Shown one piece after another: positions 18,237 through 27,841 of a DNA stretch of 64,000 nucleotides (positions within the stretch are counted from its first letter, which is position 1; each line of letters opens with the position of its first letter). The stretch comes from an uncultured Armatimonadia bacterium (GTDB lineage: Bacteria; Armatimonadota; Zipacnadia; UBA1398; CAZMGT01). Location of the stretch: contig CAZMGT010000009.1 of the NCBI GenBank assembly GCA_964565895.1, positions 7,308-71,307 on the forward strand, written 5' to 3'. The translations under genes and the position numbers were made by a program. Under the pieces are notes generated by a model. The model had not been told where the DNA came from, did no database searches, and saw only the letters and a list, made by a program, of their open reading frames with translations.

Positions 18237-19659
18237 TTTGCGCGGCAACGCCCTGGGCGACGGGTGGCGCGGGAGGGGTGGGGACGAGGGGCTCGGGCGC
18301 GGGCTCGCGCGAAAGCCGGCGCAGGGTAATCGTCATCAGCCACGAGGCGACGGACAAGCTGAACACCGTGGAGATGGGGAAGCACCACCACACGCCCACG
18401 ACGCCCGCGATGCGCGACAAAAACCACGCCGCGGCGATCTTTACGCACAGGTTGCGCCAAAGCTGGACGAGCATTGAGATATACGACTTGCCCAGCCCCT
18501 GAAACGCCGCGGAGATCATAATGTCGCAGGCGACCAAGGCATAGGCCCAGCAGTTGATGCGTAAGTACTGCGCCCCCATGTCTAAGATCAGCTCGTCTTT
18601 GCCGAACGCCTGCATGAACGTCCGCGGAAAGGCAAACAGGACAAACCCTAAAACGCCCATGCCCAGCGCGGCGATGGCGCACGCGGAGCGGACCACCGCG
18701 GCGCAGCGCGCAAACTGGCGCGCCCCCAGGTTATAGCCGACCATGGGGACGACCGCGGAAAAGAGCCCGAAAATCGGCGTAAAGGCAAACATCTCGAGCC
18801 GCCAGGCAACGCCCATTACCCCCACGGCGACTTCGTTTAGGGAAAGCAAAATTGTGTTAATAACGAACACCGAGGCGGACATGGCGAGCACGCCCACCGT
18901 CGCGGGAAGGCCGATCCAATAGATGCGCCCGATCACGGGCAGCGAGCCAAACAGCCGCCGCCCGGGCACAGGCCCCGGGGTTACCCGCGAGTAGGGCGCC
19001 CAGAGCCGGGCGACAAGCACGAGGCTCATTGCCGTGCGCGCGGCCACCGTGGCCAGCGCCGCCCCGCGCACGCCTAGCCCAAGCACGAAGATCAGCAGGA
19101 CGTCGAGGGCGATGTTCGCTAGGTTACCCGCCGCGGTGATCTTGAGCGGGGTAACCGTGTTCCCTTGGGCGCGCAGGCCGGAGTCGGCGACCATCCCCAG
19201 GTGCATAAACAGCGGCGCGTAAAGAACGGTCGAGATATACTCCAGCGCGAACGCGCGGATTGGCCCGCGCGCCCCCATTACGTCCATCAGCCTGTCAACA
19301 AAGAGCAGGCCGACGACGCTTACCGCGCCGCCGACGATCGCCGCGATGCCCAAGCCGTGGTTCAGCGTTTCGCGGGCGCCGCGGAGGTCGTTTGCCCCAA
19401 GCTGGCGCGAGCACACGGCGGAGACCCCGGCCGCGGCGGCGTTTCCCGCAGCCCACACGGCCATCATCACCGGGGCCATAAGCGATACACCGCTGACTTG
19501 GTCTGCCCCAAGCCAGCTAATGAACATCATGTCTAAAAACTCAAACGCCGTGTGGAGCACGCCGGAGCCCGCTGCGGGGAGGGCGAGGATGAGCAGTGTC
19601 TTAGCGATCGGTCCGGAGCCCATCTCCTCGGGCTCCACGCGACGCAGCAAGCCTCTCAT
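18217..19659 (-). CDS. MATE family multidrug/oligosaccharidyl-lipid efflux transporter
   Basis: 12-TM protein starting MRGLLRRVEPEEMGSGPIAKTLLILALPAAGSGVLHTAFEFLDMMFISWLG, the typical MATE N-terminus. The ORF-track 5' extension to 20058 is non-genic overlap. Start is either ATG 19659 or ATG 19623. Confidence 0.8.
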   Translation of the reverse strand: MRGLLRRVEPEEMGSGPIAKTLLILALPAAGSGVLHTAFEFLDMMFISWLGADQVSGVSLMAPVMMAVWAAGNAAAAGVSAVCSRQLGANDLRGARETLNHGLGIAAIVGGAVSVVGLLFVDRLMDVMGARGPIRAFALEYISTVLYAPLFMHLGMVADSGLRAQGNTVTPLKITAAGNLANIALDVLLIFVLGLGVRGAALATVAARTAMSLVLVARLWAPYSRVTPGPVPGRRLFGSLPVIGRIYWIGLPATVGVLAMSASVFVINTILLSLNEVAVGVMGVAWRLEMFAFTPIFGLFSAVVPMVGYNLGARQFARCAAVVRSACAIAALGMGVLGFVLFAFPRTFMQAFGKDELILDMGAQYLRINCWAYALVACDIMISAAFQGLGKSYISMLVQLWRNLCVKIAAAWFLSRIAGVVGVWWCFPISTVFSLSVASWLMTITLRRLSREPAPEPLVPTPPAPPVAQGVAAQMKSPGK

Positions 19660-19864
19660 CCTCCGGCCCACCTGCCCCTGCACGCAACAAAGAAAGCGCC
19701 TCGCCCAGGCGCCATAAGGTGGTTCGCGTTCTGCGCGGCGATTGTAGGCTTCGCGCCAAACACTGTCAACGAACGGCGCCCTACAGGATTTCTCCGCCCG
19801 ACGAGCGAACACCGCCTCAAGGCAGCGTTTGCCAGACAAAGCGCATGTGAGGGTGGTGCTCGCA

Positions 19865-21376
19865 ATGGACAGAGAAGAGGCGCGTGCGAAGGCGGCGAGG
19901 GTAACTCGGCGCGAGTTTCTCCAGGCGGGCGCGGCGCTGGGCGCCGCCGCGGCGGGAATGCTTTCCGCGCAAAGCGCGAACGCGGCGCTGCCTCCCGTTC
20001 CCGGGGAGCCAAACATGCGCGTGGGAGCGCGGGAGCTTGTCGTCCAACCCGTGCTCACCTACGCCCTTCCCCAGCGGCGGCCGAAGCGTAGCTGGCGCTC
20101 CTGGGGCGGAGTGCAGACACGCCAAGCGCTCGCCGAGGAGTGCGCGCGGATTGCGCGCGAGCTGGACGAGCTCTCCGCCTCGGCAAACTTCGGCCTAAGG
20201 TTCCTCCCCCTGCAAAAGGTGGCCAGCGCGGAGCAGGCAAAGGCCGCCGCAGCAAGCGAGGCCCAGGTGCTCCTTATCTACGCCTCAGGCGGGGGAACGA
20301 ACCTGCTCAACACCCTTGCCGCGCCGAAAAAGCCCATGGTGTTTTTCATCCGCCACTACTCCGGCCCGTACTACTTGTGGCACGAGATCGTTCACGCGCG
20401 GTTTCTGCGCAGCCATAGCGATCGCGTGGCCCAGCCCGCGGCGGATGTAGACGACGTCGTGGTAGACGATCTCGCCGGCGTGCGCTGGCGGCTGCAGGCG
20501 TTGTATGGCCTGCGCAATGTCCTCGGCCGGCGCATCGTGTGTATCGGCGCGCCAGGGGGATGGTCCTGCCCCAAAGCGCCGGAGCTTGCCCGCGAGAGGT
20601 TTAACCTGGACATGGTCACCGTCCCTATTCCGGAGCTGAACTCGATGATCGAAGCCGCCCGTAAAGACAAGCTCCTTCTGTATCAGTGCAAGCGCGACGC
20701 GCGGCGCTACCTCAGCTCCCCAGGGGTTACGTTAAAGACGACGTTCGACGCCGTTGCGGAAGCGTTTCTCCTTGCCCGCCTGTTTTACAAGCTTATGGCC
20801 GACCACGACGCTCAGGCAATTACCGTCCGCGGATGTATGGGAAGCTACGCAGGGATCATGCCCTGTCTTACGCTCACGCTAATTAACGATTCGGGGTATA
20901 TGGCGTATTGCGAGTCGGACTTTGTCGTCATTCCCTCCGGGATACTACTACACTTCATTTGCGGCAAACCAACATACTTCTGCAACCCCACTTTTCCCCA
21001 CGATGGCAAAATGATGTTTGCCCACTGCACCGCGCCAAGGCGAATGAACGGCAAGACGCTTGAGCCTGTGCAGGTTGTTACGCACTACGAATCCGACCAC
21101 GGCGCAGCAACACATGTAGAGTTCAAAAAGGGGCAACTACTAACGATTATTAAGCCGGATTTCGAAGCCACGCGCTGGCTAGCGATCACGGGAAAGATTG
21201 TCGGAACACCTTTTCTCCCCACCTGTCGCGCGCAAGTTGAAGTTGAGCTGAGCGCGGATTGCGAGGAAGTCGCGCGCAACCTTCGCGGCTTTCACTGCAT
21301 GCTCGCCTACGGCGACTATACAAAGCACGTGCGCTATGCCGCGAAAAAGGTTGGTATTGAGGTGCAAGTATTGTAG
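19865..21376 (+). CDS. Tat-exported hypothetical protein (twin-arginine signal; possible sugar-isomerase-like C-terminal domain)
   Basis: MDREEARAKAARVTRREFLQAGAALGAAAAGMLSAQSANA carries an S/T-RRxFL Tat motif with AxA cleavage site. GAGGGTGG Shine-Dalgarno lies 9 nt upstream of ATG 19865. C-terminus has ESD...H...H residues (CESDF, FAHCT, HYESDHG) reminiscent of a Mn-sugar isomerase fold. No confident family. Confidence 0.5.
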   Translation: MDREEARAKAARVTRREFLQAGAALGAAAAGMLSAQSANAALPPVPGEPNMRVGARELVVQPVLTYALPQRRPKRSWRSWGGVQTRQALAEECARIARELDELSASANFGLRFLPLQKVASAEQAKAAAASEAQVLLIYASGGGTNLLNTLAAPKKPMVFFIRHYSGPYYLWHEIVHARFLRSHSDRVAQPAADVDDVVVDDLAGVRWRLQALYGLRNVLGRRIVCIGAPGGWSCPKAPELARERFNLDMVTVPIPELNSMIEAARKDKLLLYQCKRDARRYLSSPGVTLKTTFDAVAEAFLLARLFYKLMADHDAQAITVRGCMGSYAGIMPCLTLTLINDSGYMAYCESDFVVIPSGILLHFICGKPTYFCNPTFPHDGKMMFAHCTAPRRMNGKTLEPVQVVTHYESDHGAATHVEFKKGQLLTIIKPDFEATRWLAITGKIVGTPFLPTCRAQVEVELSADCEEVARNLRGFHCMLAYGDYTKHVRYAAKKVGIEVQVL

Positions 21377-21767
21377 TGCGCGGCTTATGGGATTTGTTCC
21401 AACAATGTAGAGCGGCAATACCGCATTAAAAGAGCAGCGATTGCCCTAAAGCCGCGTTGCTGGCCGCGATCTCGGACAGTGGGGAGCGGATGCAAGTACT
21501 CACGAGTAGCGGCTAAAGCCGCCTGCCCCTGTTCCCGGGTTGGCTCCGCCCTCGCAAGACAAGCCAGCGCATTGAGCAGCGATTAGGAAAGCCGCGGGAG
21601 CTGGCCATAGAGCTACGCCGCCCCACGCCGCGGTCGGCGCAAGACCGGCCCGGCGGCTGGTGCAAAACGCAGTCCCCCGCTTTGTTTCGCGCGGGGTTAT
21701 TGCCAAGCGCTTGTCGCCCCTTAGCTCGCTGCCTAGGCGCTCGGCGCGCGGTTTGCGAGGCGATCGT

Positions 21768-24731
21768 CTATCCGTCGGCCGCTTCGTGGCGCTTTGTGCT
21801 TTCTTGTTGGTGCTTGAGCAGCCCGAGGTTTACATCAATAGAACGCAGGTGCAGGTCGTGCTGCGGGAAGGGGATCTCGATCCCGTGCTCCTTGAATTTG
21901 TCCCAAATTCCAAACAGCAGGCGGCTGCGCGTGCTCAGGCGTACGCCGGGCTCCGCAACCCAGGCGTAAAGCACGAAATCTACGGAGCTGTCGCCGAAAT
22001 TCACAAGCCACACCACAGGCTCGGGATCGTCGAGAACCGCGGGATCATTGCGCGCGACATCGAGCAACAACTGCGGAACAAGATGCACATCGGTATTGTA
22101 GGACACGCCAATGGGCACCTCGACGCGGTCCTTTAGGTCGCGATGGCTGTAGTTGACGATATTTTGGGTGATAAATGTGGAGTTGGGGATCACTAAATGT
22201 ACGTTGTCGAACGTGCGAATAGTGACTGTGCGCAGGGTAATCTCCGTTACGTAGCCGAGCTGCGAGCTTACCTCGACGAGATCGTTTACCTGAATACTTC
22301 GCTCCAAAAGCAAAATGACGCCACTTACAAAGTTCTTAACAATGTCCTGCAGGCCAAACCCAATACCCACACCTGCGGCGCCGGCAAACACGGCAAGCAC
22401 ACTAATATTAAACCCGGTAACCATTACACCGGTAACAATGCCGATACCAATTGTGGTGTAAAAGACGAGGCGGCCCACAGCATAGCGTCCGCCAGCGGGA
22501 TAGCGACGCTCGAGGTATTGCGACTTTTGCACCACGCGCTGCAAAAACCGCCCGAGAATAACGCCGACAATGGCAACCAAAACGCCGTTAATCGCCCCCA
22601 AGGGGCTCATCTGCACGCCCTTGACGTCGATCATCGGCTGGCCCAAAACGCGTATCGCCGCTTGAATGTGCTCGCGGTGCACCCCGAGAACCCAAAGCAA
22701 TACGTAGCCGATGACGAGCACCGCGGCGAGCCATTCCGCAAACAACACCACGCTGTGAAACGGGGGGCGCTCCTCGTCCGGGCCCTCGAACGGGATGAGC
22801 TCGTTAAGCCAGCGCTCGACCTTCTGCCGCGCGCGAATGTGCAGCCAACGCCCCGCGCCGAGCACGGCGACGACTGAGGGCACGGCGCGAAGCAAAAACG
22901 CACTGAGGTTAACGTAGCCCAAAAGCTGAACCAGCGCGATGACCAAAGCGACGAACGTGGCAAACGGCAAAATTACCGTGGGAATTACGGCGACCACGCG
23001 GTCTAAAAGCCGCCACTTAATCTCCACGCGGTCGAACACGTCGCGCTCGCGGTAGAGCAGGGAGAGCACGAGCACCGCGGCGACCACCCCGGCGAGCAGT
23101 TGCACAAGGGCGATGACATCGCTGCGCTCGTAGTCCAAATAGCGCATAAGGAGCACCGCGGGGACGAACGCGCCGAGGTAGTACGTCGTGCGCGTTAGCG
23201 TGCGGTAAAAGTCCGCCGCCTCTTTTTCGCTTAAAAACGCAATGCGCAGCTCTGATTCAGGCCGGAACAAAGCGCGAATGATCTCGCGCAGACAGACGAC
23301 GCCCACCGCCGAGCCGAGCACCGCGGCGAGCGACAGGAGCAGTTTGTCCGGCACGTTGCCGATCTCCATCGCGGCGATGATCAACAGAAACAATATGCCC
23401 GCGCGGACCACTTGCTGGATAAGGTGCGCCCAGGAGCGAATGAGCGGGCGCTCTTGCTCGGGCGCCGCCTGGCACAGGCGCTCGGCCCTCGCCGCAATAT
23501 AGCGCTGTGCCCGGGGGAGAACGACAAGGAACGTAGCGAGCAGGAGCACGATTACCCCAAGCAGGCGCACGGCCATTACCGGAAGCTGCCCCGTGCGCGC
23601 GCCGAGGCGATATTGCTCGGCAAACCATGCCGGAAGCCGAGGGACCGCGGCGACGATAAACCGCACCAGGCGCGCCACGTCGCGGCCCAGGGCGACGAAC
23701 GTTTCCGTGGAGATGGGCTGCCCGGAGCGGCGGAGAAGGCTGCGCTGCTTGGCCACGATGATCGCCGCCTGCAGGCGCTCCTCTACCTCGGAGACGAGCG
23801 ACACGTTTTGCGAAGCAAGCCGCGCGATCTCGTCGTAAAGGCCCACGAGCTTGCCCACGATCTCCACGCGCGTGTTAAGCGCAGCAACGGCGGCCTCCAC
23901 GGCTTGGCGGTTGGGGTCGTCCGCGGGAATGCCTTTGCGTTTTAGCTCGTCTAGGATCTTCCGCGCGCTGGCTAAGTCCTGGCGATAGGAAGGGAGCTCG
24001 CGCACAAGCTGGGCGCGGCGCTCGGCGGCGGCCATATAGGCGCTTTCGCTCTTGTCGGCGATTTCGTCTAGCGCCTTGAGATACTCCAACGCCTCGGAGA
24101 GGAGCCGGCGGCCGCGCTCAACGGCGCGGGGCCAGGTGGTGCGGTCGCGCGAGAGTTTTTCGTTCTGCGCCTGGGCGTCGGCTTTTTTGGCCTGGGCCTG
24201 GGCCATCTCGCGGCGGAAGGCGGAGGCCTCGACCACCGCCTGCTGTTTGAGCCTAATGAGCGCGATGTCGGGCTCGGCGCGCGTTACGCGGCGGGCCTGT
24301 AGCGCGGCGAGGGCCTTGCGCAGGGCCTCTTGGCTGCGCTCGCGGCGCACCTGGCGCGCCGAGGGCGTGGGGGCGAGGATCGCCTCCGGCGTGGGGGCTT
24401 CGGGAATGGGGGTCGCTTCGGCCTCCGGGGTGGGCGTGGCCTCCGGTGTCGCGAGCGGTGTAGCCTCGGGGCTGGGCGTGGCCTCGGGGGCGGGCGTAGC
24501 GGCGGCCTCCGGCGCAGGCGAGGGGCCCGCGGCAGGCGTTTTCGCGGGAGGAGCAGCGGTGGGCGCAGGGGCGGCCGTTGGCGCGGGAGCGGCCGTTGCT
24601 GCGGGGGGCGCTGTTGCGCGGGCGGTGGCCTCCGCCGCGGGCGTCGCCTCCTCCTGAGCGAGAGAGATATTCAGGGCGAGCGCCGCGAGAGCGAGGACGG
24701 TTAGCGTTGTGCGCAGGCATCTTATAGCCAT
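21768..24731 (-). CDS. Large MscS-family mechanosensitive channel (MscK/KefA-like) with signal peptide, Pro/Ala/Thr-rich linker and periplasmic coiled-coil domain
   Basis: 987 aa: signal peptide, ~90-aa (A/P/T/E)-rich low-complexity linker, long coiled-coil region, multiple TM helices. C-terminal MscS core ends with ...EHGIEIPFPQ. Confidence 0.8.
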   Translation of the reverse strand: MAIRCLRTTLTVLALAALALNISLAQEEATPAAEATARATAPPAATAAPAPTAAPAPTAAPPAKTPAAGPSPAPEAAATPAPEATPSPEATPLATPEATPTPEAEATPIPEAPTPEAILAPTPSARQVRRERSQEALRKALAALQARRVTRAEPDIALIRLKQQAVVEASAFRREMAQAQAKKADAQAQNEKLSRDRTTWPRAVERGRRLLSEALEYLKALDEIADKSESAYMAAAERRAQLVRELPSYRQDLASARKILDELKRKGIPADDPNRQAVEAAVAALNTRVEIVGKLVGLYDEIARLASQNVSLVSEVEERLQAAIIVAKQRSLLRRSGQPISTETFVALGRDVARLVRFIVAAVPRLPAWFAEQYRLGARTGQLPVMAVRLLGVIVLLLATFLVVLPRAQRYIAARAERLCQAAPEQERPLIRSWAHLIQQVVRAGILFLLIIAAMEIGNVPDKLLLSLAAVLGSAVGVVCLREIIRALFRPESELRIAFLSEKEAADFYRTLTRTTYYLGAFVPAVLLMRYLDYERSDVIALVQLLAGVVAAVLVLSLLYRERDVFDRVEIKWRLLDRVVAVIPTVILPFATFVALVIALVQLLGYVNLSAFLLRAVPSVVAVLGAGRWLHIRARQKVERWLNELIPFEGPDEERPPFHSVVLFAEWLAAVLVIGYVLLWVLGVHREHIQAAIRVLGQPMIDVKGVQMSPLGAINGVLVAIVGVILGRFLQRVVQKSQYLERRYPAGGRYAVGRLVFYTTIGIGIVTGVMVTGFNISVLAVFAGAAGVGIGFGLQDIVKNFVSGVILLLERSIQVNDLVEVSSQLGYVTEITLRTVTIRTFDNVHLVIPNSTFITQNIVNYSHRDLKDRVEVPIGVSYNTDVHLVPQLLLDVARNDPAVLDDPEPVVWLVNFGDSSVDFVLYAWVAEPGVRLSTRSRLLFGIWDKFKEHGIEIPFPQHDLHLRSIDVNLGLLKHQQESTKRHEAADG
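24380..24650 (-). repeat. Low-complexity GC-rich coding repeat (Pro/Ala/Thr/Glu-rich linker of MscK-like gene)
   Basis: Degenerate tandem units (gcctcgggg/gcgggcgtggcc...) encode ATPAPEATP-type repeats. This is coding low complexity, not a CRISPR array. Confidence 0.5.
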
Positions 24732-24782
24732 TGCCCAAGCCCCCTTGCTGTGCAGCGCCTTTGCCGAAAAAGGCAGGCAAAG

Positions 24783-25670
24783 CTACGCCGAAAGCTCATC
24801 CTCGCGCGTCGGCTCTAACAGCTCAATTTGCCGCAGCGTTCGGGCGAGCAGAGGATCGGCCTCGCGCCGGCGCACGAAGCGCACCACCTGCTCCATTAGG
24901 TTGCCGTAAAATCCCTCGGCGTCGGTAAACGGCACGGTTAGGTGGCCCCGCGAGCCGCGAAACGTCAGCTCGAGCAAATACGCCCACTCCTCGCTGACCT
25001 CGAGCCTGACGGGATAGCCGCGCTGGTGCTCAAACTCCGCCCATTGGATTTCATTGCGCCGGCCGTGGCCCACAAGCTCTAAATCGCCGGGGAGCGCGGC
25101 CATGAGCGCCTCAAGCAGGTGAATCCCGTAGTAGAACATCTGCCCCCGGCAGCGCCCCTCTACGGAGACGATCTCGCCCACGTCGGCCAGGCGCTCGCGC
25201 ACGGTGGCCAGCTCCGCGGCAAAGCGCAGGGCGGAGCAGGACATCAGCGGCGCCCCGCACTCGCTCGCTTGGGCGGCGATGGCCCGGGCCTCGCTGAAGC
25301 TCGGCGCCAACGGCTTGTCGATAAACACGGGCAAGCCGGCGTGGAAGAAGATCCCGGCGTGCCGCTGGTGGCGCATCGAGCCGTCGTCCACCAGTATTAC
25401 GCCGTCCACGGTCCCCAGGAGCTCCTCGGGCTCTTCGGCGACGCGGGGGATCTTTGCGGCCCAGGCCAGCCGGCGCGCGGCCTCGATGTCAGCGTCCCAG
25501 ACGACGGTCACCGAGGCCCCGGCGACGCGCCGCTCCGGGGCCCACCAGCCCAGGCCCTCGTAGCGCGTGCGGTTGTAGTCGCTGAGCAGCGCGGCAAACG
25601 CCTTGCCGTGATAGGCCGCCGCGCCACCGACAAGCCCGATGCTCAGGCCAACGCTCTCCCCGCCCGCCAT
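24783..25670 (-). CDS. Gfo/Idh/MocA family NAD(P)-dependent oxidoreductase
   Basis: N-terminal Rossmann (LSIGLVGGAAAYHGKAF) and the conserved FIDKPLA (EKP-type) motif of the family. The true start could be 25679 or 25670. Confidence 0.65.
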   Translation of the reverse strand: MAGGESVGLSIGLVGGAAAYHGKAFAALLSDYNRTRYEGLGWWAPERRVAGASVTVVWDADIEAARRLAWAAKIPRVAEEPEELLGTVDGVILVDDGSMRHQRHAGIFFHAGLPVFIDKPLAPSFSEARAIAAQASECGAPLMSCSALRFAAELATVRERLADVGEIVSVEGRCRGQMFYYGIHLLEALMAALPGDLELVGHGRRNEIQWAEFEHQRGYPVRLEVSEEWAYLLELTFRGSRGHLTVPFTDAEGFYGNLMEQVVRFVRRREADPLLARTLRQIELLEPTREDELSA

Positions 25671-25778
25671 AGCGCACACCCCCGCCGCACGGGGCGATAA
25701 CTCCCCCGCGCCCGCGCTTTTCGCCTCTCTTCGCCTATACAGGTTCGGGTATCGCTCGCCGCTCCCCTACCTTGGCGC

Positions 25779-27197
25779 TCAGTAGAGGCCCACGCGGGGC
25801 GGCTCGGGATCCATGGTAAACACGCTCGCATCGAAGCAGCGCTTAACCAGCCGCCACTTTAGCTCTTGGTGCTCCGCGCTGTCCCACAGGTTGTAAAACT
25901 CGTCCGGGTCTTGCTCTAAGTCGTAAAGCTCGCCCTCGTCGCGGCCGTGGTAGACGCAAATCTTATAGCGCCGATCGCGAATCATTGTGCCGAACGCCGA
26001 GTGGTTATGCCCGGGCATGGCGTTGTAGTATTCGGCGAAGACAAACTCGCGGTGCTCGTGCGGCGGGGCGCTGCCCTCGAGAATGGGGAGAAACGACTTG
26101 CCCTGCATTCTCCGGGGAACCTCCATGCCCAGGGCCTCGAGCAGCGTCGGGGCGAGGTCCATAAGCTCGACGAGGGCGTCCGAGCGCAAGCCCTGGGCAA
26201 ACCGGCCGGGCCAGGAGATAATCAGCGGCACGCGCACGGCGCAATCGTAAAAATACGGCCCCTTGAGCAAAATTCCGTGGTCGCCAAGCATCTCCCCGTG
26301 GTCGCTCATGAAAATGACAATGGTGTTTTCGCGCTGGCCCGTCTCCTCCAGGACGTCGAGCACGCGGCCCACCTGGTCGTCAATGAGCTCGATCATTGCG
26401 TAATAGGCGGCGACGATCTCGCGGTGCTCGCGCTCGGTAAGCCGCGCGGAGGACATTCCTTTTCCGCCATAGGCGCCCTGGTGGTCTACGCGCTGAAACT
26501 CCGGCTTGTTGTCGAGCTCGCCGGGGAGGTAGCGGGGCGGGGGGACGGCGTCGGGATCGTAGCGCCTGAGATACTCCTCCGGCGGGTCAAACGGGTGGTG
26601 GGGGTCGAAGCAGTTGAAGCTCATCAGCCACGGGCCGTCGCGCTGCTCGGTAATGAACTCGATGGTCTTCTCCGCGCACCAAGTGGTTTGGTGTAGCTCC
26701 GCGGGGACGCCGGGCCAAACGTGCGCGCCCTTGGGCTGGTGGTAGACGTCGTCCCAGCTATAACCCTTTTCCCTGAGCCAGTGGATATAGGCGTTGTTTG
26801 GCCAGCTTGGGGCGGGGTGGTGGCTCCAGTGGAATACGCGGTAGCCATCGTCCACCCGCTGCTCGGTTTTGTTGTGCGCGGAGGAGATGTGCAGCTTGCC
26901 CACGAGGCCGCAGTCGTAGCCCGCGTCGGCGAGCATTTTGGTAATGAGCAGCTCGCCGCGGGGGAAGTTCTGCCCATTTTGCCGGCAGCGCGTGGTGCGC
27001 GGGTAGCGCCCGGTGAGAAAACAGGCGCGGCTGGGCGTGCATACCGGGCTTTGGGAAAAGGCGTGGGTAAACGCCACCCCTTCCGCGGCCAAGCGGTCGA
27101 GGTTTGGCGTGCGAATATGGGGGTTGCCCAGGGCGTGTATTGTGTCATAGCGCTGCTGGTCGGTGCAGATCCAGAGAATGTTCGGCCGGTCGTTCAT
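25779..27197 (-). CDS. Cys-type sulfatase (arylsulfatase family), no signal peptide
   Basis: PNILWICTDQQRYD...SPVCTPSRACFLTGRYP carries the C-x-P-x-R formylglycine signature, followed by GKLH.... AAGGAG lies 11 nt upstream of ATG 27197. Alternative ATGs are at 27206 and 27224. Confidence 0.85.
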   Translation of the reverse strand: MNDRPNILWICTDQQRYDTIHALGNPHIRTPNLDRLAAEGVAFTHAFSQSPVCTPSRACFLTGRYPRTTRCRQNGQNFPRGELLITKMLADAGYDCGLVGKLHISSAHNKTEQRVDDGYRVFHWSHHPAPSWPNNAYIHWLREKGYSWDDVYHQPKGAHVWPGVPAELHQTTWCAEKTIEFITEQRDGPWLMSFNCFDPHHPFDPPEEYLRRYDPDAVPPPRYLPGELDNKPEFQRVDHQGAYGGKGMSSARLTEREHREIVAAYYAMIELIDDQVGRVLDVLEETGQRENTIVIFMSDHGEMLGDHGILLKGPYFYDCAVRVPLIISWPGRFAQGLRSDALVELMDLAPTLLEALGMEVPRRMQGKSFLPILEGSAPPHEHREFVFAEYYNAMPGHNHSAFGTMIRDRRYKICVYHGRDEGELYDLEQDPDEFYNLWDSAEHQELKWRLVKRCFDASVFTMDPEPPRVGLY

Positions 27198-27368
27198 GTT
27201 GCGCATGGCTCCTTTCTCGTCCATCTATGACACGGCATTCTCAGGCAATCGCCGTGCTCCTGCCGGGCAGGCAGGCGGTGAAGGAAGCTTAAGCCGCCTG
27301 GGGGAAACGTTTGCCCGCGCGGCCCGCGGTGCGCTGCTTGCCTGCTGCGGCACAAGGGCTGCGCAGGG

Positions 27369-27839
27369 GTGGTCGCTGTGGCGAAAATCGAGGGCGTGCG
27401 CGTTAAGCCGCTTGAGGTGCACTGCGACGAACGGGGATGGCTGTTTGAGATCCTCCGCTGTGACGAGGAGATCTTCCAAAAGTTCGGCCAGGTATACCTC
27501 ACCGCGGCATATCCCGGTGTGGTCAAAGCGTGGCACATGCACCGCCGGCAGACGGACTACTTCTGCTGCGTGGCGGGGATGATTAAGCTCGTTCTTTGCG
27601 ACCGGCGCGAAGGCTCGCCGACAAAGGGGACGATCGAGGAGTTTTTCGCAGGCGAGCGCAACCCCATTCTCGTGGTCATTCCCCCGGGCGTCGCTCACGG
27701 GTTCAAGTGCATCAGCGGCGAGCCGGCGCTGGTGATCAACGTTCCCACGGAGCCCTATAACGCAGCGGAGCCGGACGAGGTGCGCTTTCCCGCGCACGGC
27801 GGGGAGATCGACTACGACTGGGCGCGAAAGGACCGCTAG
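27369..27839 (+). CDS. dTDP-4-dehydrorhamnose 3,5-epimerase-like cupin (RmlC family, short form)
   Basis: ERGWLFEILR...KAWHMHRRQTDYFCCVAGMIKLVLCDRREGSPTKG matches the RmlC His-dyad and SPT(F/K)G region. GTG start. Stop overlaps the start of the next gene. Confidence 0.7.
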   Translation: MVAVAKIEGVRVKPLEVHCDERGWLFEILRCDEEIFQKFGQVYLTAAYPGVVKAWHMHRRQTDYFCCVAGMIKLVLCDRREGSPTKGTIEEFFAGERNPILVVIPPGVAHGFKCISGEPALVINVPTEPYNAAEPDEVRFPAHGGEIDYDWARKDR

Positions 27840-27841
27840 CG

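Noticed and set aside
17552-18682. 376-aa minus-strand ORF antisense to apbC and overlapping the MATE 3' end
   Set aside because: It is antisense to a Walker-A-containing Mrp/ApbC gene with no recognisable family, a GC shadow ORF.
24380-24650. Tandem GC-rich repeat that could be mistaken for a CRISPR-like or VNTR array
   Set aside because: The units are irregular, have no spacers, and lie within a continuous ORF that encodes a Pro/Ala/Thr linker. This is coding low complexity, not CRISPR.
25947-26696. 249-aa + strand ORF inside the sulfatase gene
   Set aside because: It is antisense to a sulfatase with an intact C-x-P-x-R signature. The translation has no domains.
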